From Coniocarpon cinnabarinum (Eukaryota), in the NCBI GenBank assembly GCA_051942205.1, contig JAVECO010000055.1, positions 1 to 64,000 on the forward strand: a stretch of DNA of 64,000 nucleotides, in the 5' to 3' direction. Made by a program: the position numbers and the translations under genes. Shown here piece after piece: positions 11,792 through 24,239 of the stretch (positions within the stretch are counted from its first letter, which is position 1; the number at the start of each line of letters is the position of its first letter). The notes under the pieces are model-generated. The model saw nothing but the letters and a program-made list of their open reading frames with translations. It was not told the origin of the DNA and did no database searches.

Positions 11792-12156
11792 ATGTCTCGT
11801 CTAAACCGCGTCCTCGACCGCTACCTCGGCGGCGCCAATCTCGAAGTCTTCAAGGTCCGTCCAGTCCTCTTGCCACTGCACGTCAATCAAACCTACTAAC
11901 TTCCGATCACCAGTTCGGTCTCTACATCGCCTTTCCCATCGGATGGATGTACTACTTTGGCACGAACCTAGACAACCGCTTCTCCGTCCCGGACTTCTGG
12001 CCGAGACCTGAGGAGACGAACAAGATTCCGTTTCACAAAGAGGATATTGGGCGGGAGTTGGAGAGGCTGAAGGCGAGGCGATTGCGCTTGAGAGAAGAGA
12101 GGCTGGAAAGGGAGAAAATGGAGCGGGATCGGGGTGATGATGGCAGCAGTGGATGA
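11792..12156 (+). CDS. PET100: Cytochrome c oxidase assembly factor Pet100-like; intron 11855-11913
   Basis: Spliced ...GGANLEVFK|FGLYIAFPIGWMYYFGTNLDNRFSVPDFWP... followed by a charged coiled coil. The intron has a TACTAAC branch point. Confidence 0.85.
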
Positions 12157-12365
12157 GGATGACGTGCAAGAAAGCAGATTTGGGATGCAGAACCAATATA
12201 TTAAGGGGCGATCAGGGCAAGAAGATTACAAGATTTTACAATGATGGATGCATTGACGCACGATGGCGTTGAGTAGTATTACGCTAAACCGCAGCAAGAA
12301 AGAAATTCCCGTCTCCAATCAACATCTATGAAGAACCGCAGCGATGACCACCGAGGATGAGATCT

Positions 12366-15300
12366 TTACGCCTCCCCCGGATCTTTACTATTCTTACTCG
12401 CGATCCGATTCAGAACCGTATCGAACTTCAACTTCTTTCCCACAATCTCTGACCCAACCTTGGTCAACGCGTTTTGGGTATTGCACGTTTTCGCGCCCCG
12501 CTTCGTCGACAGCGACTCGCAGAAGCCGATGTCTTGTCTCAGCGCGAAGCACTTGCCGTTGGGCGCACAGCTGAGAGAATCAAAGTTGCAGAAGAAGTTC
12601 GACCCGCAACCTGTGCCATGACGTTTGCAATACGTCTTGCACTGCGGCTTCGCGTTCAGTCGGCTAACGTCGTATGCGCCATTCTCGCACGCTGCGCTGT
12701 AGCGACAGTCTTGGTTCTTGCCGCAGGAGTTAGTGGTGCAGCCGCCATCGCCGCCGCTGTTGTCGTGGACTGTAAAACCGCCGAGGTCTTCGATCTGACC
12801 GCCGATTCCGCCCATGATAAAGCCAGCCATTGAGGAGTCGTGGTCTTCGGAATTCGAGTTATTGGAATAGACAGCTTCTGCGGCGGCACGGCCTTCAGCA
12901 AACGTCACGCCGCTATTCCAATAGGATTTGTGCTCGTTGTCGGGACCAATCTTGTCGGTTTCTTTTTGGACGTAACCAGTTGAGTCCGCCACACACAGAG
13001 ACTTGTTGTCCCAAGTGGCGGCCGCGGCGTAGGACCAGAGCTCTGTGAAATTGTTGAGGCTGGCCCGCGTCCAGAAGAAGCGACAATCCGCGGCCGCATA
13101 TTCGAATTGAAGTGGGAAATCTTCATTTGACCGGACTTGATCTTTGAGATTGACCGTGATTTGAGTGACCGTGAAATTGAGATCATCGCGATTGGATGGT
13201 AGCAGGCCGGCTGCGGTGTCATTGATGATTGCCGAGACAGAAATGTCGCTATCGATGTCAAAGTTGGAATACAGTTGGGCTCCTCGAGTGCCGCCCACGG
13301 CTTGTATTGGGCCAGGCTGTGGCAGTCCACCTACGGTGATCGTCTTGACCCCAGCAACATGGTGCATTAGTTCAACAAACATTGCGCATGTCGATGCGCA
13401 GGCAGTATCAGTCAAGATCACAATGTCTTCCGCCGCGAATGGTGGGCTGGGTGGTTGAAAACCTGGCGTGTATCCATATGGAATGAATTGAAGCGGTGGT
13501 GGATCACCGGTATCAGTGGTAGTATCATCGCTCTCATCATCGGAATCGTCCTCACTCGTGTCATCGTCCGAATCTGTGACTGCTGCGCTATCGAACAGCG
13601 GGTTAGAGAAATTATATTGTTGCTGTTTTGATCAGTAAGTGTGTTCTAGATAGATTCTGGAGGCTACTCACCATCTTCGTATACAAATCTCCATAGCTCG
13701 CTATCGGACCTTTGAACTCATCCCATGAAGTGAAATACTTTCCAGTTTCTGGGTTGACGATGTTCAGAACACACCAGGGATCGTCAATAAGGCCAATCGT
13801 GGCGCTAGCATTGAATGCGCTCTGGTTCCTTAGGTAAGGTTCAAAGTACTGCGTCAGAGTATAGCCAAGCATATCGATCTCCTTCGTAGAGCGTGTACGA
13901 CTTCCTCCGTACACATCCGTGGATGGGAAGAAATGCTTGAATGCATCAACAGCCAAAAGCATGTCACCACCATCATTCTGCTGCAGATCGATCACAATTC
14001 GTTTCATGCCGGTTTCTTGAGCTCTTTGTGTGAAGTTGCCAATGGCGTAGGAGAAAGAGGAAACGGCCTCGTTGTTCATATCGAAGCTCGGTATGCTCAA
14101 GACACCAGTTCTGCTGCCGTGTAGGAAATATCCGCTCACCCAACCACCGTAGCCAAGATTCGGCTGCGCCACGTCCGGTCTCGGATAAGCTGTGATGCCC
14201 TCAACAAAGTTCCAATTGTTGAGAGATGGGTCTGTGATGTCGTCGGAGTCCTCGTCGGAATCGTCATCCGGCACATCTCCCGTGCTGTCGTCTGTCTCGG
14301 ATCCTGTAGGAGCGGTCGTACTTGTCAGAGACGGGTCATTGGTCGCAGTTGCTGTTGGATAAGAGAAAACAGACGAAACAGTATCATCCGTATCGTCACC
14401 TGTGCCATCACCTGCTTCGTCACTTGAATCGCTTCCGTCAGACGAAGAATCGTTTGTGTCGGCCGAATCATCGGTGTCATCGGTAGCATCAGGAGATGGC
14501 AAGGTGACAAAGGCATTGTACAGATCTTGGGCGTTCTTCACATTGGTAGTGTCTGTGATGAAGTTCGCAGTCGCTTGAAATCGCATTGTTGGCATGGACG
14601 TGCCGTTGGCGAATTCGATGTCAAGCAGGTCACCTGTGTAAAACGGGGAAGTACTGCCAAAGACTGGAGTGTAGTATTGAATATCCATGACTTGAGTATA
14701 CATGAGAGCGTTGTAGTCAGCGTGGAGCTCAAGCCCGTCGCCAGAGTTCAGCTCCGCGTAACGCTTCAGGAAGTCCACGGCACTCTGCCCGTTGATGGTC
14801 TGGATTGGTGAGGGTGTGAAAGAGCCGTCGCTACCAATGACGTCGGCTGTGCACACGAGATCAGTACGGGCGTTATCTTGTGCTTAAAGGTATTTGCTCA
14901 CTTGAGACGTATGGCTGAGGGAACTGAACGCCATTGCTGCTGACTGACACGATATTGATCGGAGATCCGAAGGTGAAGGTCCACAGCAGCCCAGCTTCTA
15001 GATTTAGATGGTTGTCGCACATTCGGTAGATAATACGCTGAAGATCTGCTTCAAAAGCGTATTCGTTTGTATACACGCCACTGTCAATATTGTCCCCTAC
15101 TGCATGCAGTGCCTCGAGGACGTCGACCGCAGGCTGCTGATAGCTAGGTGGCGGGTCTCGAAGGTAGGCGAGGTCGGATTGGAAAGCCAAGGTGCCGGAC
15201 ACGTAGTCCAAGAAAGATCGTCCCACATCAGCGTTGAAAGGTACAGCCGTGAGACAGTTATACGCGTCTTTTGCAGGGAACTGTGAGATTCCATCATTGT

Positions 15301-15490
15301 TGTACTGGGCGATTAGCCGACCACACGCATCGAGGTCCTGTGGGCTTGTCGAGCTTGCGTCACGTTTGAACTGAGAAGCTTCCCTCTTCGATCCCGCCGT
15401 TTTGGGGATACCTGCTGCTGTACTCGAGCCCGAGAAAAGAGTCAAGGAAAAAACCACAAGGACAACGCGAGCAATCAAACCGAGCTCCAT
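12366..15490 (-). CDS. Secreted peptidase S41 family protein; introns 14847-14901 and 13623-13671
   Basis: Signal peptide, KR dibasic sites, AYNCLTAVPF, FQSDLAYLRDPP, YTNEYAFEADL, GVLSIPSF, IVIDLQQNDGG, catalytic-type ILTDTACASTC, VGGTRG. Confidence 0.85.
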
Positions 15491-16664
15491 GCTGTAGGAT
15501 CTAGTCTACGAGAGCGACCTACAACAAAGCTGCGCTGGATCATGTTCACAGGACGAACCCTCTTGAGGTTATGTATGCGGACAATCCTGGATCTGTCAGC
15601 CGGGCGTAGCGTGGCCATTGGCGTCCAAGCGAGTCTCGGTCCAGGAACGGCACGCGTCCAGGCCTCTGCGCGGGCAGGCGCGCTGGCCCCAGAGTTGAAA
15701 CCATCTTACGCCAGTAGCTGAGACTAGTGCGGTTAGCTGGCATGGCCACCCTGTAGTCAGCATGAGCAGGCGTGCATGAGGCGAAGGGGATGTCATGAGA
15801 TCTATTTTTACAGCCAGGGATCAGAGTCGCTGCATCAGAGCGCAGAAGCACGCAGGGAACAATGATGGGTCAAAACCTAAGGGTCAAGGCATCGGGTGCC
15901 TGACGCGGATGCGAAGAGTCAGATATCGGTGGTTTGGTCAGATTCAAAAGGCCGCACAGACGCATTGCACGGTGACATTGAGGCCGCGGCACGCGGTAAT
16001 TGCGGGCTGTGTGTAGGTGATAACCAGAGTACGTACTACGGCATGACGGGGTGCTTTGTGAGGCGTGGAGGTGTATTCCGTCCGAAACATAGCCTTGAGA
16101 CCCAACATAGTCTTGTGTTAGAGGCTCTGACCCTACCTAGCTACCTCATGATCCTCTCTCTATAATCCAGCAACGACGTCGAAGACTCAGGTGGCTTATC
16201 GGAGAAGTGAAAGCACGCGGGCCTAAGCTTTCCCAGCAAGGCGGGTGGCGGCCGAGCCGCTAAACTCCGGCGGGCAAACGTCTAATCCTATTTCGGACTG
16301 GGCCCAACGGCGGTCTTACTTCTCTCTCCCGCCCTCAATGTTGGACGACGCAATTGGATGTTATTTCTCACTGTCCCGGCCCCGGTGGCCTGACCTGCAA
16401 CATCACCCTCGCACGCAATGGCTGCCTGCTTTCTGGAAGCGGTGTCCAGATGTGCCGTAGGCCGCGGACTAGGCTGCTTGGGGCCTGTCTTGAACCTGGA
16501 AAGAGAGAGAGAAGCGTATGCAGATGCAAAACTGCAATGTCCGGTGGTAGCCATACTTCCCATGCCTTGCTATGTGGTTCAGACGTGAGAACGCGACTGC
16601 ATGATTGGACAATCTTCGTTGCGGCCTTTTCGTCAGTGCTGACCAGACAGGATATCGAGGCCTA

Positions 16665-19131
16665 ATGGCTGCTAACAATGGCACGACGATCGTCAATGAG
16701 TTGAAAGATGACTCTACGGGCCAAGTGCTTGCAAGTGGCTCTCAGGACGTTGCTGCGTTGGCAGGTTTATTTTGCACTGATGGAGTGGTGAGTTGTCTGA
16801 ACATTCTGGCTTTCCAACACAGGAGTGAACATTGATTGGTACCAGGAGCGCAACGCACTGGCTTCGGAGTATGGCTACATGACAGTGATTACGAGTGCGT
16901 TGTCGATTCTGGGTATTCTTGGTCTGGTCAAGAGCTCAGTGAAGCTCGCACTGGGACTAGAGAAATGCCTTACCTCGGGCTGGAGCCCGGATTCGTTACG
17001 TGGCATTTTCGGCTACACCATTAAAGAGTCACCGAGGTCCACGGGTGAAGTCATTGATTGTCTGCGCGTCTCTGTCTACCGCGACAAGGACGATCTGGTG
17101 CTAGAGAAAGAACGACAACGTTTCGACGAAGACAAGGTTCCCATACTGGCTGGTGGCTGGAACGAGGCAACTAACTATCCATACTTTGGTCCTTTGACGG
17201 TTGTGAATCTTGGTAACATGATCAGGGAGCGTGAATTTGCGCAAAGCCCCATCATTATGGGTACAATAACCTTCCTGTGCGCTGGCGTCACGTCTTGGGT
17301 TCTTATACTTGTATCGCTTGACGAAGAGCAGCGTTGGCACTGGACGGTCTATGTGGCCACCATAGGGCTTCATATGTCGCTGATCATCATGCTTGTTCCT
17401 GCGCTATGGCATGCGTACCGAACGGCGCGACCCTCATTGTATTTGAACGGGGAAATATGGAATTTCCTCACGCGCTCGCAACCTGATGCCAAACATATTC
17501 CACGCAAGTTCACTTTCATGAGGACATGCAAGAAAGCAAAAGGGGGTTATCATCAAGTACTTCATTTTCGCGGCGATGTGTCATACCTGCAAGAGCTCTG
17601 GTTTAAAGCTCTACTCCTTTCCGCGTCTGCGCTGTGTACCGTGTCGTACATTTGTCAGTATACGGTATTGAAGAGCGCAAGTAGCACACGATCCGCTGTC
17701 TGGATAGGAGTCCAAGCTGGACTGGCGCTTTTGCGCCTGCTGATATGGCTGCTCGACCCGCCCTTTGATGACCCTCGCACACGTCATGCTGAATACATCA
17801 CTCTGGATAATCTCGAATTCCCTGACTTGAGCCTCATACGTATTCTGACCGACTTCATGGGAGACGGACGACAAGATTTCGTTGACAACCCTCGACTTAC
17901 CGATACTAAACGAAGACTTAAGATCCCAGTCTGGGCCTGGGAATATCTCCAGAGTACGAGTCTAGGCCAGATACTTGAAGATTCAAAACTTACAGACGAT
18001 TCCGAGTTGCCAGAGCCCTTCCCCTTCAAGGACCAGGCCTGTAACTCCACAGCATCTAGCAGTCGTTCTTTGGCTGGAATGCAAGCGGAATTCGATACAT
18101 CGCGAAAAGATGCTATTCTTGGCAGAGACCGCCTGGCTTTCGAAACAAACCTGACGAGGCTTTTGCGACGCCATGCAGATTTCCTTGACATGATCAACCT
18201 GAATGTCGGAGCGTCAGACAGCGGCATACCAAGCCTTCGTCTAGTCCTAGTGTTATCAGAGCAAGAGAAAACCACAGAGCCGCGAGTAACACCACTTCTC
18301 ACGCTACAGATGAAGGAATCTGCTGCCGATGTTGATGGAAGACAAGTCAGACAGCCGGTGATTCTTGATTCAGACAGTCTCATGGAGCACGCGCAAAATG
18401 AAGAAGAGTTTGCAAAACACTTTCGCTTCGCAGGTAATCCTGGCGGCCATTGGTTAATGCTTCCAACTAAATCGGACCTTGATCAAATACGCGGCAAGAA
18501 GATCCCATTGGCGAATGTATACGAGTGGAGCAAATTCACTGTCCAGTTCAAAGAAATACCAATAGGTGAACCGGATGTGACGCATATCAATATAGCTTTT
18601 CTTCCGTTGTCGGAACACGACGTGGACAAGTCAGCGCTCAGCTGTCTACAAAAGTTTTTCGACACTGACTGGCTCGATTTGCCCGAGTCTGCGCAGGTAG
18701 AAGATCATTCTATTGTCTTCGATTTGCGAAACGTACCGCTTCCACGCAGTTGGAAGCTGTGGAAGAATATTCGCCAGACAAAGCCCGGCGTGTGGATTTC
18801 GGAAAGCCAGGAGTTGTTTCAAGACAACAAGAAAGAGAGGACTACATGCTACGAGATGAAATTCCAGTCGTCACAGGATTGCCTTGCGTTTGCGGGTCGA
18901 TACGTTGATTTTGACGCCGAGTTAGACTCCATCATGTGGCTGAAAAGGGCCATGAAGGTAGGACACCTGATCGACAAGATACCATGGCTGAAAGATTTCT
19001 GGGAGGGCAGCTTAAAGTGGACTTGGCAAGGATTGGCCGCGAAGATGGAAGAGAGACTGGAACTAATGAGGTCCGACATCTACGACTATCCCTTGGGTAG
19101 GGACTTGGTACTCATGAAGTGGCCGACGTGA
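16665..19131 (+). CDS. Uncharacterised ~800-aa multi-pass membrane protein; intron 16788-16845
   Basis: ATG at 16665; exon 1 MAANNGT...LAGLFCTDGV splices in frame to ERNALASEYG... and the long ORF. About 5 hydrophobic helices in the N-terminal half and a soluble C-terminal half. Confidence 0.75.
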
Positions 19132-19377
19132 CTAGGCTATTATTCAATTCCGAATACAAGACTTCCGTGAGTGCACAAGAAATTCCAGGCTCAACCGGTC
19201 TTTGATACTCCAAGCCATTGAGAATGGTTGCATTTCGGGGAATTGATTGCACACAGGTCGATTGTCCCACGATGTCTCAATCTGGTGGAGATACACAACA
19301 TAAGTGCACATAGGCATGCACAGCAACACCTCAGCAAGCACTGAGCAGACCGTTGATATCGTACCATATTTCCTGGC

Positions 19378-20238
19378 TCATAGCTTGTGCTTCTTCTCGC
19401 CGCTAGCAATTCTTTGGAATTCTTTCTGTGGCAGTCCCTTCAGAAACACGTCCAAGCCCCCAAACACCTCATCCACACCCGCCTTGTCAAGCCCATCCCT
19501 CGCCGGTCGTCGCATCAGCTCCTTCACCTTCAACAAACTGTAATGGTTCAGGTGCGGCCCCAGTTTGTCCTCGACCTCCTTGATGACTCTCTCCAAAAAG
19601 CGCTCACTGTCCATTCCCTTGCCTGTCTTCTTGTCTCCGCCACCATCCTCGAAAACCGCGTTCACGAACCCTGTCTTCACCAAGTCATCGCATTCAATCT
19701 TGCGGCTCATCATGAGGGCCTCGTTCGCTTTCCCCACGCCTAAGCGCTCCACGAACGTCCTGCTGGCTCCACCTTCTGCGACAAGTCCCAGGCTTGTAAA
19801 GGGCGTCAAAAGGTATGCATGCGGCGCCGCGTAAACGAAATCGGCGTGCGCCGTGTTAGCTGCACTGATCCCGACCGCGGGTCCATTAAGCGCCGTGATC
19901 AGAATCTTGGGGTGACTGTACCACGCCTGTGTGTTGTGCATGTTTCCCGCGACGAAGCTCTTGGTGATCTCTGCGCGCATGGTGTTGGGATCTGGGTCAG
20001 CGGGGCGCGCAGAGGTGACGTCGGCGCCTGCGGAGAAAAAGCGGCCAGAGCCTGTGACTATCGTGACGGTGACGGCGGGATCTTCGGCGATTTCTTGAAG
20101 GAGAGAGGCAAGGCGAAAGTAGCACGGTTGGGTGAGTGCGTTGAGCTTTTGCGGGACAGAGAGAGTTATAATGGCGATATAGCCGCGCTTGCGGAGCGTG
20201 ACCGCTTGCATGGGATCGGTGCCTGCGACGTTGTCCAT
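19378..20238 (-). CDS. ECI1: Peroxisomal delta3,delta2-enoyl-CoA isomerase (crotonase fold)
   Basis: TGSGRFFSAGADV, ITALNGPAVG, PFTSLGLVAEGG; C-terminal PTS1-like -HKL. Confidence 0.88.
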   Translation of the reverse strand: MDNVAGTDPMQAVTLRKRGYIAIITLSVPQKLNALTQPCYFRLASLLQEIAEDPAVTVTIVTGSGRFFSAGADVTSARPADPDPNTMRAEITKSFVAGNMHNTQAWYSHPKILITALNGPAVGISAANTAHADFVYAAPHAYLLTPFTSLGLVAEGGASRTFVERLGVGKANEALMMSRKIECDDLVKTGFVNAVFEDGGGDKKTGKGMDSERFLERVIKEVEDKLGPHLNHYSLLKVKELMRRPARDGLDKAGVDEVFGGLDVFLKGLPQKEFQRIASGEKKHKL

Positions 20239-20692
20239 GATTGTGGTATTAGAGAGATTTGCGAAGAGGTCAAAGGGAAATCAAAAGAGCAAGATGTGAG
20301 ATGGGTTTACAGATAGGTTCGCAACGCAAGAAGAAGAGAGCAGTTCGCCAAGATCGCTCAAACCTCGTCTTGAGGCTGTGCAAGCCTTCGAAAGCCGAGA
20401 ATCAATTTCGAATCAATTTCGAGCTGTCTACTAAATACGAGGCAGTTCAATTTATGGGCAGATGTTTGATACAAAGTGTTAAGTCAACCTTTGCGAACAG
20501 CTCGGCTATAGAAAGTAGCAGCAAGCTCAATGCCTCGGCTTTCGTTTCAACCCTTGTTTTTCAGGCTTTCAGGCCGTCTGCAGACATCAAATGTGGATCA
20601 AGGGATTAGACCTGCCAAAGCGCAATCTCAACCCTTGACAGAGGCAGTGTGTAATTCGAAAGGAGAATTGAGACTCCATTCGCATCGACCCG

Positions 20693-21914
20693 TCAAACTT
20701 CCGAAGACTTTCCTGCTGGCGATGCGTCGTTTTCTGTTCTGAGCGCTTCGGCTACCATTCCTGCGCAAGCAGCCTGGTATATTTCTTTCACAATCTCGAC
20801 TTGCGCCTCGTTGCGAGGCGCATAAAGCAAGGTGAAACCAATGTGGATTCGATGTGAAAGTGGGTGACGCTGACCCCAGCCCTTCTCAACGACTTCCGAC
20901 GCATCCACAGGCATGAGCGATACATGGCTTGATCCGTCAGTATTGTGTATATGCGCGATCTCGCTTTTCGTCTTCGCGGCGCAGCATGCGGGCATCAAGT
21001 GGTCAGCAAGGAATATTGCCGGCAGCTGACCCTCGAGCGCGGACGTCGCAATCCGCAAGTGCTCAGGGTCCTTTGCGATGGTGTCTTCGAGGATTTTCTG
21101 TCTCGCCTATTATTTTCAATAGTCAGACTGGTGACCTGCTCAGACCATTTATGAAGCAGATCTGGATCGTGCTGGATCAGGCCGTGAAGGTGAGGGATGG
21201 CAGTGCTTGTTGCAACACAAGTCAGTGCTTCCTGATGCTTATGGCTTCTCGCCATCGTGATCATGGACATATGTCCCAAGTCATCCTTATTCTCAGGGCT
21301 CTTTGCTCAGATTTGACAAAAGGCTGGAATCACACGCTAAATGCCGGCAAAGACATTTGTCTTTGGTCTGTGCCAACACAGGATGTAGGAGGTATTCAGT
21401 ATCTCACCTCTAAAATATGCAGGCCATCTACGGGCAACGAGCCGCTCTCTTGCCTCTGAGGCACCGTCCATGAGGAATCCACAAAGGGTCGTTGCCCATT
21501 GGGTTCACGCCAAGGAAGTGGCTTTCTAAGGTAACTTGTCCTCGCTGCTTTGCCGTAGGCTGCAATGAAACGAGGGTGGGAGTATGGCCCTACATGGTTG
21601 CATAAGCTTAACGCAAAAGCCTTTATCACTGCCTGCGACCCCCTCGACATACAAAGTGAGGTCTCGTCGTGGATGCCGAGTGGCCACAGCAACCACTGCT
21701 TCAACCACCCGTAAATATTACACGGAAATGCTCCTGGACCCAGATTGAGCCAGCGCTCATAGTTGCCTTGAACCTTCTGGAGCGATCTGAACACTAAACT
21801 GAGTACCACTGCCGTGGCTGTGACTGTAGCGATGCGTGAGGGGCCTGGGAGGCTCTGTTTTTGCAGGAGAGGAAACCATGAAGAAGCGTCCACAACCCGA
21901 ACTATATTCTCCAT
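20693..21914 (-). CDS. Fungal luciferase-family domain protein; introns 21590-21652 and 21107-21407
   Basis: N-terminal hydrophobic helix then NYERWLNLGPGAFPCNIYG; RP...VPQRQ; spliced ...ILE|ARQKILEDTIAKDPEHLRIATSALEGQLPAIF; EIAHIH-NTDGSSHVSL...EKGWGQRHPLS...LLYAPRNEAQ. Confidence 0.75.
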
Positions 21915-22669
21915 CTCATCGAGCTAACGAAGCTGAATCAAATGCTGCAAGGAGTAGCCGAAGTTTCTTGGGAATTTGTTGGGCAGGAAGCTTCAATGCC
22001 TTGTGCATTTATCACGAACATCAAAAAATGAACCCGAGGGAAGCAGATCAAGTCATAGGTGGGCGGTGGTTCTCGCACAGGCCGATGCTCGAACTATGAA
22101 TCTGGCACCAATGATAAGAGAGCCATAAAACCAAAATCTCGCAAGTGGTGCGTCAAAACCTCTTAGTACCCCTAGGAGTATCTTTCGAAGAGCAAACACG
22201 TAAATGTGACACTAAGGAGTTCAGCCAAATGTAAGCAGCCACGGTGCATAGTGTTTGCAGTACAATTCAATGGAAAAACCTCCACTGCATGCCACCACAC
22301 TAAGGCCCGGGCCACATCTTTTTGGAACGCCGGCACGAGTTGACAAAGCACATTTGTAAGGTGCGTCATCACCATCATTGTGAGTATCAGCTCAACTTTC
22401 GAATATGGCTGCCCTGCTTTATAAGTTGCCAATCTCCGTTTGCATGCGTTCAGCAGGGTCTTGCACGCATTGTTGTGTGACGATTCAGGATGTCGTTGTC
22501 CGCCTGCACCTTCCCAATCTCACGACTTTGGCAAACCGGACTAAGCTTCACTAACATCCATTCGCATTGCTTATCTCCTGTATTCTCTGCCAGTCTTCAG
22601 CTATTACATACTACTTCAATATTCCTAGCGTTCGTTAGAAGTTTCGTTCGTTATTCCCAACTCAACGTC

Positions 22670-24164
22670 ATGGCGGGGCACGCCCTGATTGACAAATTCT
22701 TGCTCAAAGATGTCTTGCACCCGGACATGCGCACGCTTCTCGATCGAGCAATACTTGGCTGGCGTCGTAGAAAAATGCTAAATGCAAAATTGCGAGACAT
22801 TACACTAGCCTTCAGTATCCAACCAGTACCCTACACTTTCGACCAGGGACCCGAGAATGTCTCACAGCATACATTCACTTTGTCTTAGGTTGATGAAGAG
22901 ATTGAAACTGGCCGAGATGCAGTCACACTGCATGTCCCGCTAAATTACCACGCCGAACAAGACTACGAGGTACTTATGCCCAGTCCACACTGACCTGATT
23001 CTACCTGACATTGTACCGAAGATGTGGTCCCTACCATATGGCGCCTTCAAGTTTATTACGATCAGTGTACTCCATGGACTCGAAGGTGACGCGGGCGACG
23101 CGGAGAGAATGAGCCACGCGCACTGTGCGCCTGTGTGGAGTGATCTCAATGGTGTCATTGACATCCTCAGCCGAACGAGGCTGACGACCCTCTACATTAC
23201 ACTGGAAAACGCATTTTTCGGAGACTTTAGCATCAAGAAGATAGTGTCAATGCCTTGGTGTGGGACTAGCAGGGAGCGAAATCACGATGCGATCGACTTC
23301 GAGGTACTGACGCTGCCCTTTCAGAGGCTCAGACTTCTCGAAGGCAAACAAGTGTATTTCGCTAGAATGGACTATCGGCAAATGGACATGAAATTGTTTG
23401 TTGAGGGACAGCTGGTCGGTTCAGATGAAGACGTCCATCCACGCCTACAAAAAGCCATGCAAGATGTTCTTGACGTTGTTAGGACGCCCTTACTTTCAGA
23501 GCCACTGTCTTTGGCTCAAAAGAAGAAGCACAGCAAGCTCATGAGTCGGACTAATGCATGGACACTAGGTCTTGAACAAGCCCTGTCTGCAGAAGAGGTA
23601 GACTATGTGAGTCAAGATCCCAAAGCGATTTGTTAGGCTCCGTTCAATTGACCATTGGCTGCCTAGTCCGCCCACGTTAGAAAGCTGCGCTATCTGGCAT
23701 TGACGCCCGGCCATTGGACCAGGCTGCACGACTGTGTCACAGGCACCCGTAATTTTCGCTACCGTGATAGAGCTTCCCTGACAATTTATGAGCAGCGAAT
23801 CATGTTGAAGCATTTGAGAGACCACAAAAGGGCATGGCGGACGTTCATTCCTCAACCATTCCGTCATGACACAGCTTTTGCTTTACAGTTGGAGCAACAA
23901 TTGTTCTCCAATCAAGAAAGCATCGCGCACATCCCTGAGATCCAAAAACAGGTTCTTGTTGAACGAGCAGCGAAGTCTGTCGACGAGATCAAGGACATTC
24001 CAGCTTGGGAGACTGCGGCATTTTGTCGCTTTAACAATAATTCACTCCTCCAAGAGGGGTGGTTTGACGAAGATATCTCCATCGTGACGAACGAGAAGAG
24101 GAAGGCGAGTGAGGTGTTTGCTGTAGACAATGATCTTGGTTGGCTCCGTCTGTGGCAGGCGTGA
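22670..24164 (+). CDS. Hypothetical multi-exon protein; introns ending 22888, 22970-23021 and 23607-23666
   Basis: Consecutive ORF segments join in frame at GT-AG boundaries (QDYE|MWSLP, VDY|SAHVRK). The first donor is uncertain and no family was recognised. Confidence 0.6.
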
Positions 24165-24239
24165 TTTTGATGCGTCCATAGAGAGGCTTCAAATAGCTAA
24201 GGTAATTGGATGTTGTATCCAACCAATAACTTCATTGCG

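Noticed and set aside
12366..24164. Dikaritin-type RiPP cluster around the S41 peptidase
   Set aside because: No Kex2-repeat precursor, DUF3328 oxidase or tyrosinase was seen in the window.
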